A DNA stretch of 22,360 bases from Blastocystis sp. subtype 4 (Eukaryota). This document shows positions 21,253 to 22,360 of the stretch, in pieces. The position numbers and the translations under genes were made by a program. The first letter of the stretch is position 1; every line of letters starts with the position of its first letter. Location: NCBI RefSeq assembly GCF_000743755.1, contig NW_014569535.1, positions 62,001 to 84,360 of the forward strand. The letters are read 5' to 3'. The notes beneath the pieces were generated by a model. It did not search any database. It was given only the letters and a program-made list of their open reading frames with translations, and was not told the origin of the DNA.

Positions 21253-22356
21253 TTAATCGCTATCAGAAGAAGATTCCTCCTTCTTTTCCTCCTTCTTGGG
21301 CTCTTCCTTAGGTTCTTCCTTAGCCTCCTCCTTCTTAGGCTCCTCTTTAGGCTTCTCCTCCTCAGACTCGGAGTCCGAAGATTCCTCCTTCTTGGACTTC
21401 TTAGACTTCTTCTTAGGCTTCTCTTCCTCAGAAGACTCATCCTCAGAACTGGACTCAGCCTTCTTGGACTTCTTCTTGGGCTTCTCCTCTTCAGAAGACT
21501 CATCTTCAGAGCTGGACTCAGCCTTCTTAGACTTCTTGGACTTCTTCTTAGGCTTCTCCTCCTCAGAAGACTCATCATCAGAAGACTCATCAGAGCTGGA
21601 GTCCTTACGATGCTTCTTGCTGCTGGACTTCTTTCCAGACTTCTTGGCCTTCTCAGCCTCCTTCTTAGCCTTCTCCTCATCCTTCTCACGCTGCTTGCAG
21701 GCCTCAGTAACCTCCTTAGCGCGAGCCTTCACCTCCTTGGAATCAGGAGAGTAGGTGGCCATAGCAACGAGCTCATCATCCACACCTGCATGCTTCTTTC
21801 CGCAGATCTTCTCAATGTACTTCTCACCATACTTGAATGTAAGCTGGTGCTTAATACGCTGGAAGGAAGGAATGCTGAAGACATCAGCAAGGTAGACAAC
21901 AATAGCAACATCCTTGGTCAGCTCCTCAGGACACTTCTTCTCCTTACGAAGAACCTTAGCCTGGGCCTGGAAGTTCTCGACCATAGAAGAAACACGCTCA
22001 ATGAGAGCAATCTTCTTCTCGTAGACGATCATCTCAGCAACCTTCTCTCTCAGCTTATCCTTGTTGTTCTTCTTGTAAGCAAGATACGCCTGCTCCTCAG
22101 AAAACTCGAGCTTCTCCTGAACCCATCCATATTGCTACAAATCAGCCAAACCCCCAGAATTGACCTCGTTGAGCTCATCAAACAGACAGTTGGCCTGGGT
22201 CTTGAACTCCTCAGGATCCCAGTCCTTGATACTGAGCTTCCAGGTGGGAATCTTCTTCATCAGGAAACCAGGGTTAGGAACTACAAGATAAGCTCTTCAA
22301 TTGATTACAATCTTACGGAAAGCCTTAATAGCCTTTTCAGCAGTGTTTACGTTCAT
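21253..22356 (-). CDS. IST1-like (regulator of Vps4) domain protein with S/E/K-rich repetitive tail
   Basis: KKCPEELTKDVAIVVYLADVFSIPSFQRIKHQLTFKYGEKY resembles the IST1 N-domain. Two short introns; ATG at 22356, although the gene could extend past the window edge. Confidence 0.65.
21347..21603 (-). repeat. Coding tandem repeat, ~3.5 copies of 63-72 bp (ESSSEDESSEEEKPKKKSKK[SKK]A)
   Basis: Repeated ggcttctc.tc.tcagaagactcatc blocks on the + strand; the repeat is evident in the translation. Confidence 0.9.
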
Positions 22357-22360
22357 TCTA

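Noticed and set aside
21219..21754. Alternative-frame Arg-rich and antisense Ser-rich ORFs
   Set aside because: By-products of the low-complexity coding repeat in the IST1-like gene.
1..22360. Prokaryotic systems (CRISPR, defence islands), transposons, tRNA/rRNA genes
   Set aside because: The window is eukaryotic housekeeping sequence; no spacer arrays, transposases, terminal repeats or RNA-gene signatures were seen.

Overview
Gene-dense eukaryotic nuclear DNA with about 14 protein-coding genes, very short intergenic gaps and many GT-AG introns of about 30 nt. A TGTTTGTT-like element follows each of the 13 gene 3' ends in the window. This architecture matches the stramenopile gut protist Blastocystis (inferred from these hallmarks, not from a search). 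Gene order: TOR kinase N-terminus (-, partial), multi-zinc-finger protein (-), SHQ1 (+), DnaJ/Cwc23-like (+), Arc1p/AIMP1-like tRNA-binding protein (+), eIF4A (+), RPL14 (-), WDR37-like (+), BAR-SH3 protein (-), DPH5 (+), GSK3 (-), listerin/LTN1 (+), signal-peptide CS-domain protein (-), IST1-like protein (-). Four genes (Zn-finger, BAR-SH3, DPH5, LTN1) appear to lack a usable genomic stop. Each has an in-frame T followed by a 4-nt spacer and the motif, so poly(A) addition would create UAA. This mechanism is known in Blastocystis, but here it includes LTN1, the E3 ligase that disposes of non-stop products. Other signals are back-to-back bidirectional 3'-end motifs between convergent genes, a 41-nt U12-type AT-AC intron in SHQ1, divergent ATGs only 23 bp apart, and a start codon overlapping the upstream gene's 3'-end motif. 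All gene models were spliced by hand and need RNA confirmation.
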